Positions 49,563 to 64,000 of a stretch of 64,000 nt of DNA are shown here, piece after piece (positions within the stretch are counted from its first letter, which is position 1; each line of letters begins with the position of its first letter). The notes beneath the pieces were generated by a model. It saw nothing but the letters and a program-made list of their open reading frames with translations, did no database searches and was not told where the DNA came from. The stretch comes from Bilabrum cf. latius (lineage: Eukaryota): positions 186,001-250,000 of the forward strand of contig OZ237773.1 in the NCBI GenBank assembly GCA_965178125.1. Direction: 5' to 3'. The position numbers were made by a program, and so were the translations under genes.

Positions 49563-52500
49563 ATGAGGCACCAAAGGCGACTTGTTCCATGGTTATTGCT
49601 TTTAGTAATTGGGTCATCGTAGCGTTAGATCAACCCGATTGGTCCTGTATCCCGAATAGAGGCGAGCATAATCAAGCCAAGTGCAATCCAGCCAACCGGT
49701 AATTTATTTGACTATATCGTACCTAGTCCGCAAGATGTAGCCAGCCCCTTTGCATTCATTAGGATTGAATCAAGTTCTGCACTTACCTACGATTCATTGA
49801 TGATCGTGAACGTGGCTACTTCGAATGCAACGTGCTGGCAAACGGAACAACTATTCAATTTTCGGACGGATCCAGCGATTCAATGGATATCGTCGGACTG
49901 CTCGCGGAACCATGGAATCGACTTGCAATTACGGACCAAAACATACCGTTGCAAGCTTAGAATTGCTACAGTAGACAGTACATCGGTTCGGGTATTCATC
50001 GTCGATTTGAGCAAGTGGGTCCATTCTGGATGTCCTGCTGGGCCAGTGTCTCAACGCGCCATTCCAGACTACAAGTATGATCTAAGCAATATAGTTTCTA
50101 CGATAGGCCCAAAGCGAGTGCAGGCGGTGCACTTCAGGGAGCCGGCGCCTGCTGCCACCCGATCGGACCAAGCTGGTGGAGGACTCCACAGAAGATCAGC
50201 AAATTGGCAGCAACTGCGCCATGCAGGTCGACAAATGGCATCCACCCCCAGTTCTGTCGCCCCAGAGGCGTGGGAGAACCACGTGGTTGTGTTAGCTACG
50301 AGCGGGATCGTGTCCGACAGCGGTGACAGGCTGGATGCCTCCAGCAAGTCGCCCCACCTCGTGGCAGTCGACATGGTCGCTGGCACCACGGTATTCGTCA
50401 CACCACTCAGCAGGAAGCCGGCCTTTGTCGGTCCAAGCTTCAGTCAAATATCGTTCGGCGAGTCCTTGAGTATATTGATGTCCGTTACGGGCGTGCAGGT
50501 CGTGTATGCCTACCCGGAGGTAGCGGATGGGGGGCCGGGTGCAGGTCGCAGCTCGAAGGGATTGGGAAGTGCTCTGAGTTAGAATGAGGAGGGTATTGGT
50601 GCTGCAGATTAGGTCAGTGCTATGCCCGGCGGGCTCGCAGTGATCGCTCTCGAATCTGACTTTAATTATGTAGGGTCCAGGCAGATCGGGCACGCCGCTG
50701 CACTTGGGGCGGTTGTATCCGTTGACCTGCGCACAGGGGATCTGGTGGGTGCGTGGATTTTCCGGTGCAAAGGGGACGGCTGCAAGCCGTTTCGAAAGGT
50801 TCAGTGCGGAAAGTCCCGGGACAGCGGAAAACAGCTTCACACTCTCGACCTACAGCTGCTGGGGCAGCCGCAGCGACTGCTGCTGGAAGGATTGGTGCGT
50901 AATGGTCATTCGGACGACTCTGAAATCCGGTTGCAAGTGCCGATTGTCGTGCTTGTCACGGGCTGGAATCGGACAGAGAGCCCATATGTGGACTCTGATT
51001 CCTTTGGGCATTCGATGGCACCGGCAGAGTACTTGGATTCAACGAGCCACTCGGAGGTGGACGATGACGCGTATCCGTGGGAAGATGACGACGATGAAGG
51101 AAGTGGGTGCACCTGGCCCACACCACACATCCCACCGTTTTTTTCGCCTTTTGCAGGGAGCAAACGGGGGCTCGGCAGTCGAGCGGATGCTGTTTCCTAC
51201 TAGCAAGACTATCATGACGTCGACGACAACGACATATTTTGGCCCGTAAGTGATCATGCTGACCTTGGAACATCATACATGTTCAACCTGCGCTTCGATC
51301 TGCTAGATCAACAGCAAGATAGGGACGGAGCTGCCGGTGCATCTTTCCATGGCCAGGGCTTGAGCCAGTCTGCATTACTAGCCGGGGGCTCGCCATTCAG
51401 CAGCACGCACACGTCAACTGGGACGAAATACCTGAATAGCGGTGCAATCGATCAGCCAGGCGCAAGCATACACTCCGTTGCGCTGAGGCTGCTGACCTAG
51501 TGCCCCGTCCGGGGCCAGTACATCCCAGTGCATATCACGGCGCCGGCAGTGGGTCTATCCATGCTGATCCAGACCAGCTGCGCGAGTGCCAGCGCTGACG
51601 ATGACGCTGCCGGCTGGGATTGGGACACGGGAGGGCAATACCAGTGCATGCAGATGCTACTTGACGGGCCTCTGGCGATATCATCTGGACGGATGCTGCT
51701 GCCTGCCTGCGGCGGCACAGCAGAAGGGATTCGCCCCTTCTAGCGATTTCGCTGCCGCCCACAGCAGGCCAGCTCGTGCAGTACCCGTCGCATCTTCTCG
51801 ATAGCGCAGCGGCCGGTGAACACCTTGACACAGGTGACTCGCGCATCATGCGAGTACAGCTGCGGGATGATGCCTCCCAATCGAGTCGCGATGGAAGAAA
51901 CCGGGCGCATCAGGGCAGGCCTATCGAATAGGGCGAGAGGCGAGAGAGTCAAGGCGGAGCTGGGCATGGTGATGGTGGAGACGCTCTGCGGTGGGGCTTT
52001 TTATCACTCACGATGAGACCGACAGGAGCCGCATCGGGCGACATATTATCATTCAACTCGACCGTGCACCTACTGATTCGGGACCTACTCACTGGTCACG
52101 TGCTCCGGAACCAGCAGCTGGCCACTCTGCGCGGGTTCTTGGACGGCTTTGAGGGTTGGACTAACGTGGCATTCGGCAGAGACTGCGACTTGAATCCATT
52201 GGTGAGATCAACATAGGAAGCCAAGTTGCCTGAGTCTAAGTAGGCCTAGGGCACTGGAGCAGCAGACCCTGTCGTGTGCCTGCTGCACCGCTCCGTCCTT
52301 CGCCCTGACTACACGGCAGTTGAGTGCGACCTTCGCGTGCACTTGGGAGGCAACGCTCCCTTTGATCAGCTGGTTCTTGAATCGCCATACCCAGTGCTCC
52401 CTGTCTATCCGTCGCCCGGGTTCATGCCCATGCCCACTGCAAGCCCTGCGCTGCCTTCCGCGGCTCCGCCGTCAGCGACACCATCCGATCCTAGGGGGGC

Positions 52501-53026
52501 TGGGCCAGGCGCGAATGATTCACGCGTGTGGCTTGCAGTTGCAATCGTGGCGGGAGCTTGCATTGTGGGTGGATTCGGGGGATTTGCACTGATTCGGGCC
52601 AGAGGCAAATATGCGCGAAGTGGCTCCTGTGGATGTGGCCGACAACCGCTTGGGCTGGATCAAGGCAATCGTGACTCGGGCGGGGCGGGGCGGGGCGCCT
52701 ACCATCGAGTGGATGACGGCGATGACGACAGGTAGGAATCAAGCGGCAGCGGGGAATAGGATGATCGCCGGGACTCGTATGTTGGATCCGCAGATCCGGA
52801 TGCAGTGCAGCAGCCGCACAAGCAGCAGCATCACGGTGTAGCTATCGAGCTGAGCGACATGCGGACGACTGGAATGGCCCCCGATGAGCAATCGACGAAT
52901 AGCAGCACGGCTACCACTGGCAATGGCCTCGTGGTGGAATCAGACGCAAAGGACCCGACAGGCATGGACGCGCTAGTGAACAGCGAGCGGCTTGGGGACA
53001 GAGTGTTGCAGAGCAGCCTCGTGTGA
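49563..53026 (+). CDS. Large type I membrane protein (signal peptide, Pro-rich stalk, single TM near the C-terminus); apparent 1-nt frameshift at ~51733
   Basis: MRHQRRLVPWLLLLVIG signal; ~12 TAG. The frame switches at a C4 run near 51733. TM VWLAVAIVAGACIVGGFGGFALI; TGA at 53024-53026. Confidence 0.65.
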
Positions 53027-53289
53027 CAGGCAGATGATTGCCACCCTGTAGGATCGGCCTCAGGCCGTGCGTGGGAGCGTCGTGATTTTCGTTCGATGCA
53101 GTAGACTAGCAAGGTTTGCTCAGGGTACTAGCGATTTGGGATAGGCGTGCATACCCACATCCGGATCCGTCGTTTTAACAAGTTTGCATCTTTGGAAAAA
53201 GTGCAAATGATCCCGGATTAGCTCGATCCATGGATATATCGCGATTTAACCAATATTACGGAATCTGGGTACTACAACGCATCCACGGA

Positions 53290-54953
<1,664 letters not shown>

Positions 54954-55294
54954 CGCATGCTAATCACTCATAGTGCAGATTACACCGAATGTGCAGTCTT
55001 TTGTCTGAATCTGGAGCTAGCCAGCCAGCCGTTCCGTTGGTCATGCTCAATCGTCACCTCACAGGCTTGTGCTTGCCACTGGCAGACCAGTGGCAGTGGC
55101 GACATGACGTCTAGAATCTTTCAAACGCACTGGCTGATATGGGATAGACAAGTGTTGTCCGTTAAAGCAGTGCAATAACTTTCACAGGCGCTGGGCACTG
55201 CGCAGACCACCCAGCAAGCTCAAGATGGAACGCCGTCGTTCACATCGTGCAGCAGCTGCCCCAATCAGGCAGCACACCACATGCACCGCCCGAA

Positions 55295-57745
55295 TCAAGC
55301 ACCCACTCGATTGATGCCAGGGGACCATTCGATGATCTCCTCGCAGCTCTCCGGGTGCAAAGGACACAGGCTGTTGCCCCCGATGCTCACTCCCTCGTTG
55401 AGCCCCTGCACCGTCAAGTTGGTCGCAAGGCTCATCGCGTTCCCCACCACGCTGACCCCAAGATTGTAGGGGATCCCGTCAGGGGCCCCCTGTGCCCCGC
55501 TCGTGATCACCTGGACCCCTGTTGCGTTCGCCATTGTGTTCCTGTACACCTGAAACCTGTGCAGGGGCTGCTGTCCCCCTTGGTAGGTCCTTCCCCACAC
55601 GTTGATGCCTCCGGGGTGGATGTGCTCCGATTGGAGCATCCGGGTGAGGGTATTATCCGCCATGATCACGTTGTTTCCAGTACCGAAGATCTGCAGCGTC
55701 GTGCCATCACTATACCTGTTTCCGGCGAGGACAACCCTGCCTTTGTAGGGAACAATCGAGACGAACACGTCCTTGTAGTGGTCGGCCGCATCTCCCATCA
55801 GAGCCAGCATGTATGTCTACAACTGCATCACGCCGCTAGCGGAATCGAACCAGCGACCCGTGCCCCATGAACCGGCCGCCGTCCCATTCATCACGATGAA
55901 CGCAATGCCGTTCACCCCGTTGGGATACGCCCCCGGATTTGCGGCCGACTTGTTCGCAATCGTCACACGGAACGTACCCGGGTCATAGTCGGCAATTCGT
56001 CCGGAATACAGCCCGCCCCCCCCGTCAGAGGTGAAGGTCTCCTGTCTCTCCACCGTCGCCTCCAGGTTGCCCTCGTCTGTTCCCCGGAGCATCGCCAGGT
56101 GCTGCATGCGGAGGGGCGTGCTTCCGCCCAGCGAGTTGAAGCCCTGCCCCCCCGTCGTGTTCCCTACAGTGTGCATGGCCAAGCCGTCCGTGATCACCTT
56201 GAACGTGTTCTCGCCGCAGTACCCCTGGCACGTGGTTGTGACCGACACGTTCTCAATCGTCACACCACGCGCGTTCTGGAGGAACAAGGCCACCTGGTTG
56301 CTCCAGCCCACCCCGGCGCATTCGCCCTCCCGCGACAGGACCGAGTCGGCGATGCGGAATCCACCGGTGGATTGGATCCGGAGCAGGTTGGCGATCTAGC
56401 TGTCGCCGCCCGCAGCGGCAGCAGGGGCGTTGACCTTGACCGTCAAGCCGCGGATGGAAGTCTCATTCCCTGTGACGAGTGCGGCGATACCAGCCGGTGA
56501 GTCGGCGAGCAGCGTGAAATTCTCCGCCCTCGAGCTGGTTCCGCTGAGGTGCAAAAGCGCGGCGCCGCTGGGCCCTGGAGAGCTGTTGCTGCGCCACGCG
56601 AGGGCACTCGATGACGATGCACCACCCGTGCCTAGCAGCGTGACGTTGGCGGGGACAGTCGCATTGGATCCATCGGGCATTTCAAAGGAATGATCGGCAG
56701 CCAGAATGACGTCAGCACCCCCGATAGCAGAATACTTCTGCGCGAATTGCAGCGCCGACTGTACGTCTCCCTTGAACTGCTCCAGCACGTCGATCTGGGG
56801 ACGGTGCTGGGAGGCGGGGCGGGGTGCTAGTGGAATGAGTTGCGTGCCGTTTGCATCGGATACAAGTGGCCCCGTGGCTTCCACCAGGTCCATACCGAAG
56901 ATCCTGTTGCTGACCGACATGTACGTCTCGCGGCCCAGGACCTCGTTGAACTTGGCCTGCAGCTGGGGGCTCCATTGTGCTCCCAAATCCACGATCAGGT
57001 CAAAGCACGTAGAGGATGTAGCGTTCAGATTGGCGATCATGCCAGAGTCCCACCAAAGCTGCACCTGCGCCGCTGGATGCGCCACGCCTGTCTCCGGGGA
57101 ATGAGCCGGGATGCACGTCACGGCCCCTCCATCATTTGCACCGCTACTTTCGAATGCGAGGGAGCGGCCGACCACGCGAATCCAGCCATTTGGACCCGCT
57201 GTAAACCCGTTTACGCCTCTATCACCTAACGCGAACCATGGATCGGGAGCGTTGGTCCAGGAAGGCCGCGTCCTGGGCGGGTCGAAGCGAGCAGCGAGCC
57301 GATCCGCTCGCTTTCCCACGAGCTCGACGTCATCCGCTGCGACTGAACACCCGACAACGGCCGACGAGCCGGCAGACATTCTATAGGATGTATTTTCTGC
57401 ACTCGTCCCGCTGATCTTGTCGATGCTCGAAAGGCTGCAGCTGGGCGCCACAGCATAGAACTACAACGGGGTGTTCTGCCAGTGCAACGATCCAGGTACG
57501 AGAACTGTTGCCGCGTGGTCCGTTCTATTCTCAAGAACTGTGACATCCACGCAACTAGCGTTCAATAGACCGAAATCAGGGCACGCTACGATCCTGGAGT
57601 CCAGCAAGCCCCTGCCCAGCAGCTGCACTGGATCTTTCGGTCCTGATGGGGAGGAAGCCCACTGCACGTTTGGGCTCGATGCACCCATTGTACGTGTCAT
57701 TAACGCATATACAGTAATGAGTACAGTCACCATGGTCAGCCTCAT
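55295..57745 (-). CDS. Secreted protein with probable right-handed beta-helix (pectate-lyase-like) C-terminal half
   Basis: Signal peptide. ORFs 57461-57850, 56396-57451, 55817-56311 and 55295-55810 are joined by 3 TAG. Repeated IxN/xxN strands (VPANVTLLG, VTIENVSV, NNVIMADNT); TGA. Confidence 0.7.
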
Positions 57746-58006
57746 CTTGTACCTCTGTGGGAAATGCCACGGAAATAATCTAGAGCTTGCAGATTCGGAA
57801 TGTTGCAGCCACACGATGTGGCCGAGCATCATGCTGTGCAACAGGCGCAAGCTGAAGAAATGTATGATTGAATTTAATAGCTTCGAGAGAGAGCTTATAG
57901 TTCAGCACCATCCCGTGGGCTGCCGACGGTGTCGGGCCAGGGGTGTCGGCTGCACCAAGACGGTGGTAGTTGTGGTGGCATGGCCATCTGCCTCGAGTCG
58001 CACTCG

Positions 58007-60120
58007 TCACACACCGTGCCCCGACAAGCGCCTGCTGCGCCGCAACCCAGAGGCAGGGCTCGCGGACCCCTTCCGGCCCCTTGAAGCACTCGTCACACCA
58101 CCGCCAGTGCGCTTGGCGGCCGATCGGGTCAGCGGCGGGCTCACCGCGCTGCCCAGGGGGGCGCGGACCTCGCTCGTCACACCACCTCGACTGGACCTTC
58201 GCTTCTGCGAGGACGAGGTCGAGGAGCTTCGGCGGAAACTGGAGGTGCCCGGCGCCGCGCCCATCTCGAACTGCCTGGTTCCGTCGTCGGCGCGACCGGC
58301 AGACCCCGCCCCGCTCGCAGGCCCTGACAAGGTTCCGCTGCTGCGCGGCGCCGCGGGCAGCACGCCCATGCCCTTGAGCGCCGATGCCACCTTGTTCTCC
58401 GACTTGGCCATGCCCTCCCGCAGCCTCAGGTGCCAGTCCTCCACAGCCACGAGGAGGCCCCTCAGCGACTCGTCCATCTCGGCGCACATGGCCTCGTGCT
58501 CCTGCCGGGCCGCCCGACGGGCGCCGCGCAGCTCCTCCAGCTGCGCGGCGCCGTCCTGCGCGTCTCTCCCCAGGGCCTGTGCCCGGTTCCGCAGTGTCTC
58601 AAGCTCGTCCCTCTGTGCTGCGAGCGCCCTGTCGCTTGCAGCCCGCTTCACCTCCGCGCTCGACCTGAACTCCCTGATCTTGGTCTCCATGCGCCGCTCC
58701 TGCCTCTGCACGTGTGACGAGTGCGTCTCGGCCTCGGTGCTCTCGGCTTTCAGCCGCTCCAGCTCCCCCACCCTCTCCCTCACCTCCTCCGCCGCCTCCT
58801 GCAGCCTCGCCAGCTCGGCCCTCGCCCTGCTCATGAGCCCCGAGGCCTCCTTGACCTCACCCTCGGCCCTCTGCACCACCTCTAGGCGGACGGAGGCCTC
58901 CCTCCTCGCCCTCTCGGCATCGTGCAATGCACCCTGGGCCTCCTCCAGCGCGCGGGAGGCCGCGTCCAGGCGAGCCCTCACCCCGTCCGCGTCCGCCACG
59001 ACACCCTCCCTCAGCTTGTCGGATTCCCCCTGTGCCGTCAGGGACCGGAACTGCGCGGCAGCCGTCCGGTCCTTGGCCTCCTGCTTTTTCTTCTTCTGCC
59101 CGTGCGTGTGCGCCCTGAGCTTGGCCTGGGTCGCGTTGAGCTCCTCGATTTCTGCCTCGAGGGCCCCGCACTCGCGCCTCACCGCGTCCAGCTCGGGTGC
59201 CTCTGACTCCCTAGCCGCCTTGGCCGCTGCCACCTGTCGGCGGAGCTCGTCCCGCTCTGCCTCCGCGGCGGCGTGTTCCTCCATGAGCTTGCTCTGCGGG
59301 AAGGGGTGTGACGAGTGGTATTGGTGGTGGGGGTGGGTCTCGCATGACCACATGTGCACGCGGCGCAATGGCCCGTCTCGTCTTGTCTCGGCCATGAGCT
59401 TGAGAAGGCAAGCAGCGCGCGCAGCATGCAAGACAGGTTTTACATTGCTCTTCCCCGAAATTGTGGTACTACAGCAAAGACACAGCTGACGATTACAGCA
59501 TTCGAGACACTATGGAGAATCCACTGCCTCACCGTGAGCTCGGAGAAACCCTGGTACTTCTTAAGGCGGTCTTCCCTGAACTTGTGAAAGTTAATAATAG
59601 CAGAAAGATTCCTCCGGACCCGCCTCGGGTCTGGTTTCGCGAGGTCCTTCAGCTAGAAGCCGTCGCGCACGCCCGCAGCCACAAGCAATTTGTCCCTGCG
59701 AAAACGGCAAGGGGAAGCTGGCATTACACCATGCCTTGGAGAACCCATATAATCATGCATTGCAATGTAACACAATCCTCACATGCCTCGGATAAAATGT
59801 AGAGCTGGGATACTTTCGTCGTGAAGCTCCTGGAACCGAAACGCCTCCAAGCCGTAAAATTTGGGCTGGGAGAGCTCATCCTTGCTCATGTCCAGACAAT
59901 CAACTAGCAAGGATTCATACACGTGCCTCAGCACGTCCGGCCGGCACTTCGTGAGGTCAGCCTCGGTAATGTGAATTCGAAGGTCCGAAAGGCAACTGAT
60001 GATCTCAGAGTTTTTCAGGATGGGGAAGGAGAAAGTCTCCTTTCGCTTTGTCATTGATCGTCCTCCAACACTAGCCCTCCCGGAAACACCGAACACGCTG
60101 CTTCCTGCCATCGCCGCCAT
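58007..60120 (-). CDS. NUF2: Kinetochore protein NUF2; exons ~60120-59783, 59695-59533, 59293-58007
   Basis: FSFPILKNSEIISCL, ELHDESI, GVRDGF[Q]LKDLAKPDPRRVRRNLSAIINFHKFRE, then a long coiled coil. Two GT-AG introns; TGA at 58007. Start could also be 60111 or 60054. Confidence 0.9.
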
Positions 60121-61036
60121 AGCCTTGATTCGAAGCGTGGTTCGCACGGCAAGCCAAACGGCTGCCACCGATATATTCTTTTAAAGTACACGTTACCATA
60201 CATCAGCCCAGCGGAATCCAACCGCTTCGATGAACAATTCTAAGTCGCAAAGAAAGGTGAGGCGGTAATACTTCATGGTTTCAGTTTTTGTATTATACAA
60301 AGCAATGCACCGTTTGCTTAATACTGCTAATAGGCATGGAATCCTTCGATATATGGGCTTGGATTGAAACGCCGGTGGTGACCTGACTGTGTATTAGGCT
60401 GCAATAACTAGATATTATCGATTACATCAAAATATCACATGTTTGCGTACATTGGTGCTGCTCCATTCGTTACTGGATCAGCGATTACCAGGCTTGGGAG
60501 CAATTTCACCGAACGGACTTTGCAAGTGTGAATCAGCGCATTGGACTGACGACGGGTAGCCCAATGCCAGTGCCTGCTTGCGCGCTCTGGGGTATAGGAA
60601 GCTTCTAGAATCAAGATTTAATAGGGGTCAAGGTACCCCTCAACTCCCCGCGCAAGATTTCGACTAGACGTTGAACAGGGATCGTTTGTGGCCTGCGGGT
60701 GCCCAACCAACCGAATCAACGGTTCACTTAGCCGTTGCCAGTCTTGTCAAGATGTATAGTTTATATTGCAGCGGTAGTAGGTGGTTGAATGGCTGCTGCT
60801 TCCATCCATACGCGGAAACACCACAGCTTTTTTAGTCACGGTACTTCCGTCCGCACCGCAGGCTCAATCCAAGGCTTGAAGCCGCAAGTAGGTTGAAATA
60901 TCTAGCTCAGGGGCTCATTGGCTGGATTTCTGCCCGTGTATCTGGTATCTGGCAGAAAGAGATTTGGCAGCGACTGGCATCAGCGACCGCAACTTGGCGG
61001 CGTGATTGAGGGTGAGCAGACCAAAGCAGGAAGTCC

Positions 61037-64000
61037 ATGCAGTACAACGACGAACCGCAGGGAATGTTCGGCGACGACGACGGAGCGGCCGGTGGCCGCC
61101 GCAACCGGCACCCGGGCGGCGGGCAGGCCGCCCCCCAGCACCGGGCCTTCGGGAACCAGGCGAGCGAGGAGCTGGGCAGCATCGAGGACGATGAGGACCT
61201 CATCAACGCAGAGGAGGGCGAGCTGGAAGGGGAGCGGCTCCTGGGAGACTTCGGGGAGGAGACATTCCTCTGGGCCAACGCGGACCCGTTCGAGCCTCAG
61301 GGTGCACTGCACGGTGATGTGCGGACCCTCCAGTTCCAGGACCCCGAGGACGAGGAGGCCTACCAGCGTTGGACCTTGGAGAGGTATGCCCCCCTGGTGC
61401 AGATGGCGACCGGGATGATGGCCGTGTTCGCGCTGGCGTCCGTGTTCTCTGGCGGGGCCGGGCCGCTTGCGGAACCGATCGTTGTGGCGGTGGCTGCGGT
61501 TGGCCGGATGGTGCCAGCCGTTGTGCTGGTGCTGCTGGCCTTCACTCGGGGGAACATCGGGGTGAGCTGTTCCGCGATGACGTGGCACTACGTCACCGCC
61601 TTCCTCGGTCTGATCATCGTGATGACGGTGCACTTGGAGGACATTTACTGCGGCGAGGTGGCGGACGTAGGGGACACACAGCTGGACCCGGCCCCCAGCG
61701 GGTGCAGGGCATTGGGGGGCGCGGGCAGGGCCACCGCGGGGGGGGGGTCCACCCCCGCCCTGGGGGCAATGCTGACGATCGTGCTCCCGTTCTGGCTGTT
61801 CTTTGGTCTCAAGACGGGGTGGATGCTGGGCGTGGCGGTCGGGGTGATTGCGACCGCCATGCAGGTGGGCATGGTCGCAAGGCTGGTGCGGCCGGAAGAG
61901 GCGTGGATGGTCCCCATGATGAGCGTCATAGCACTCGTCACAGCATCCATGGGCGCCTACCTCCACGAGAAAGCGGAGAGGAGCAGCTTGCGAGAGATGG
62001 TGCAGCACAGGAGGAGACTCCAGTCGGTGGCCGACGCGCGCCTCCCCGACCTTGTCAGGGAACAGCTGGGGGCACAGACCCACGACACGCACAAGCGGAT
62101 CCCAGTGGTGGTCGCAGAGTGCCCCGTGGACCGCAATATGTCCGTTGGGCCCATCACCTTCACATCACGGAGGGGCGCCAAGGACCTGTTCGGTCGTGAG
62201 GCAGACGACCTCATGCAGGCGAAGCTGACGGATGAAATCCTCTGCGCGCCCGACGACCGGGCAAGGCTCGACCACGAGCTGCGAACGTTCGTCGAGCAGC
62301 AGGTGAACCTCCTGATCGCGCCTCACCACGTGCAGGCAGGCGGGGGCATCCTCCGCACCTGCTTTCGGGTCAGGCGCCGGCTGAGGCACTCGACGCAGAG
62401 GGGCTTCGGTTTTGCGCTCATGGACGGCGATGCGCCTGGCCTGGCCATGGTGCCAGAGCTGTAGGTGCCCACCGGCAACGACGGTACCAACGCCCCCGCC
62501 TATGAGAGGGTGGAGATCCTGGGGCGGGACGGGCAGCCCCCCCGTGACCTAAACACGAGGGGCAGGAGCGTCAATGTGCCGGGGACGGCGGAGGTCAACG
62601 ACGCCGAACAAACCGGTTTCCTGTGGGTGGAGATGACGGCGCACCTGGTCGCAAGGCGAGGGAACACAGCGTTCTCTCTCCACTTCTCGCTTCGGGAGGC
62701 AGGCTCGGAGATATGCGGGTGGAGGCCCAAGCTCGGCATGGAGGTGGAGGACATCCGGAGGCGGTACGGGCTGGCCGACGGGCCGCATCTCGATGGGGGG
62801 GGCTCCACCCCCGGTGGGGGCAGGAAGGGGTCTTCGCTCACCTCGGGGGCGAGGGGTGTTGCGGGAGGTTCCTCAGGGGATCGAGCCTCAACCCGGAGCG
62901 GGGCCTCGGGAGCACCGGGGAAGGGTTCCGGTTCCGCAAGCGGCGCCGCGCAGAGCCAGGTCACCCGGGACCTGGAGGTTGCACGGCGCCGCGACGGAAC
63001 CACCGGCGGGCCTAGCAGGTACCACACCACGGACGGACACACGACCGCGCTCAGCTCACGCACCGCGAGCCTGGACGGCGGGACGGCGGCGGGCCCCGGC
63101 GGCGTCACCGCACTCGTCATACAGCCGGTACCCCTCGTGGATCCCGCCCACGACAAGGCACGAGCGGTTGCCAGCACCTTCGCGATCGCGTACACCCGCG
63201 CTGCGGTGGCCGCGGCCGAAGACTCCAGGGCTCGAGCCGCCGAGGCCATGGAGGAGGTTGCAACCGCGAGCGCGGAGATGGCCTGCTCCCTGGCCATGCT
63301 GCGAGAGGCCATGGAGGAGATCGATGGTGTGACGAGTGCGGGGGCGCGCCGCTCGGGGAACAAGCGCGACAAGACGGAGGTGATCATCCCCATCCCCCCC
63401 TCCTCCTCCTCGTCTTCCTCGGGCGGGCGGGCTTCCGCTCTGATCGAGAGCGACGCGGGGGATTCGTCCGAGTCCAGCGGAACCGTTCCCAGCGGCGCCG
63501 CGCAGGGGCTAGGCACGCGCAGGAAGCTCGAGTCGAGCACGGTGCCGGTGCAAAGGGGCAAGCTCGGGGCCGGTCGCAGGGGCCAGCAGAGGTCGTCTGC
63601 GTCTGCCAGCGGGTACACCGTGGGCAGCACGGCGGGGACCGGGCCCGGGTGGATCGTCCCGGGGGGAGGGTCCTCGGCTGCGGCTCGGCTGGCCGCCGCT
63701 GCGGACCAGGCTAGCCTGCGGAACCTCAGCTGGGCGCGCGGCGCCTACTGGGGGGTGCCCCTGGGGGGCGCCTCGGGGGGTCCCAAGTGGGACGGGGACA
63801 GGAGGCCCGAATGGAAGCGCCAGCGAACGTTCGCTCTGGGGTTGCTCGAGCCCTCGGAGTCCCCGAGCTGGGACTACGAAGACCCCACAGCGGGGGAGGG
63901 TACCCCGGGGGATGGCCTACAGGGGTCTGGAGGGGACGGGGCGCGGCCAAAGGTCGAGGTGGCGCTCGGGGGGATCGGATCTGCAAGCGAACGGAGCGGT
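61037..64000 (+). CDS. Multi-pass membrane protein with a PAS/PAC-like cytoplasmic region (runs off window end)
   Basis: ~6 TM helices, then ITFTSR..AKDLFG...DL......CAPDDR and FLWVEMTAHL. TAG at 62462 is read through and the frame stays open to the window end. Confidence 0.7.

Noticed and set aside
57471-59489. 672-aa plus-strand ORF
   Set aside because: Antisense shadow of NUF2 and the adjacent secreted-protein gene in GC-rich DNA
60230-60900. Possible small spliced gene in the AT-rich gap upstream of NUF2
   Set aside because: A donor-like GTGAGG is present, but no convincing downstream exon or product could be assembled

Overview
GC-rich, gene-dense eukaryotic nuclear DNA from a protist, with short GT-AG introns (about 90-280 nt). 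The Ala/Gly/Ser-rich protein style suggests a bicosoecid/stramenopile-like flagellate, which is inference only. The supplied ORF track is fragmented because TAG is a sense codon here. About 90 in-frame TAGs join neighbouring ORFs into about 23 genes. TAG falls on conserved Gln positions (ArfGAP NP[Q]W, ubiquitin-like G-x-[Q]LE, FAD oxidoreductase GG[Q]L, PPAN [Q]SAVRL). Genes end mostly in TGA and occasionally in TAA, so the code is UAG=Gln with UAA/UGA as stops. Recognisable genes: TVP15/COPI-associated protein, delta-12 fatty acid desaturase, an LRR/RNI-like protein, two secreted glycoside-hydrolase-like proteins, a SET-domain methyltransferase, a PINK1-like (pseudo)kinase-ARM fusion, COA3, DUF4807-like, aquaporin, an FAD-dependent oxidoreductase, PPAN/Ssf1, ArfGAP1, NUF2, a PAS-like membrane protein, and several giant low-complexity proteins. 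Also present are a solitary 5S rRNA gene and two copies of the 3' end of a non-LTR-retroelement-like repeat with a (TATTTCTG)n tail. A DNA word, (GGT)GTGACGAGTG, occurs at least 31 times as an exact 10-mer, mostly inside coding sequence and in all six reading frames.
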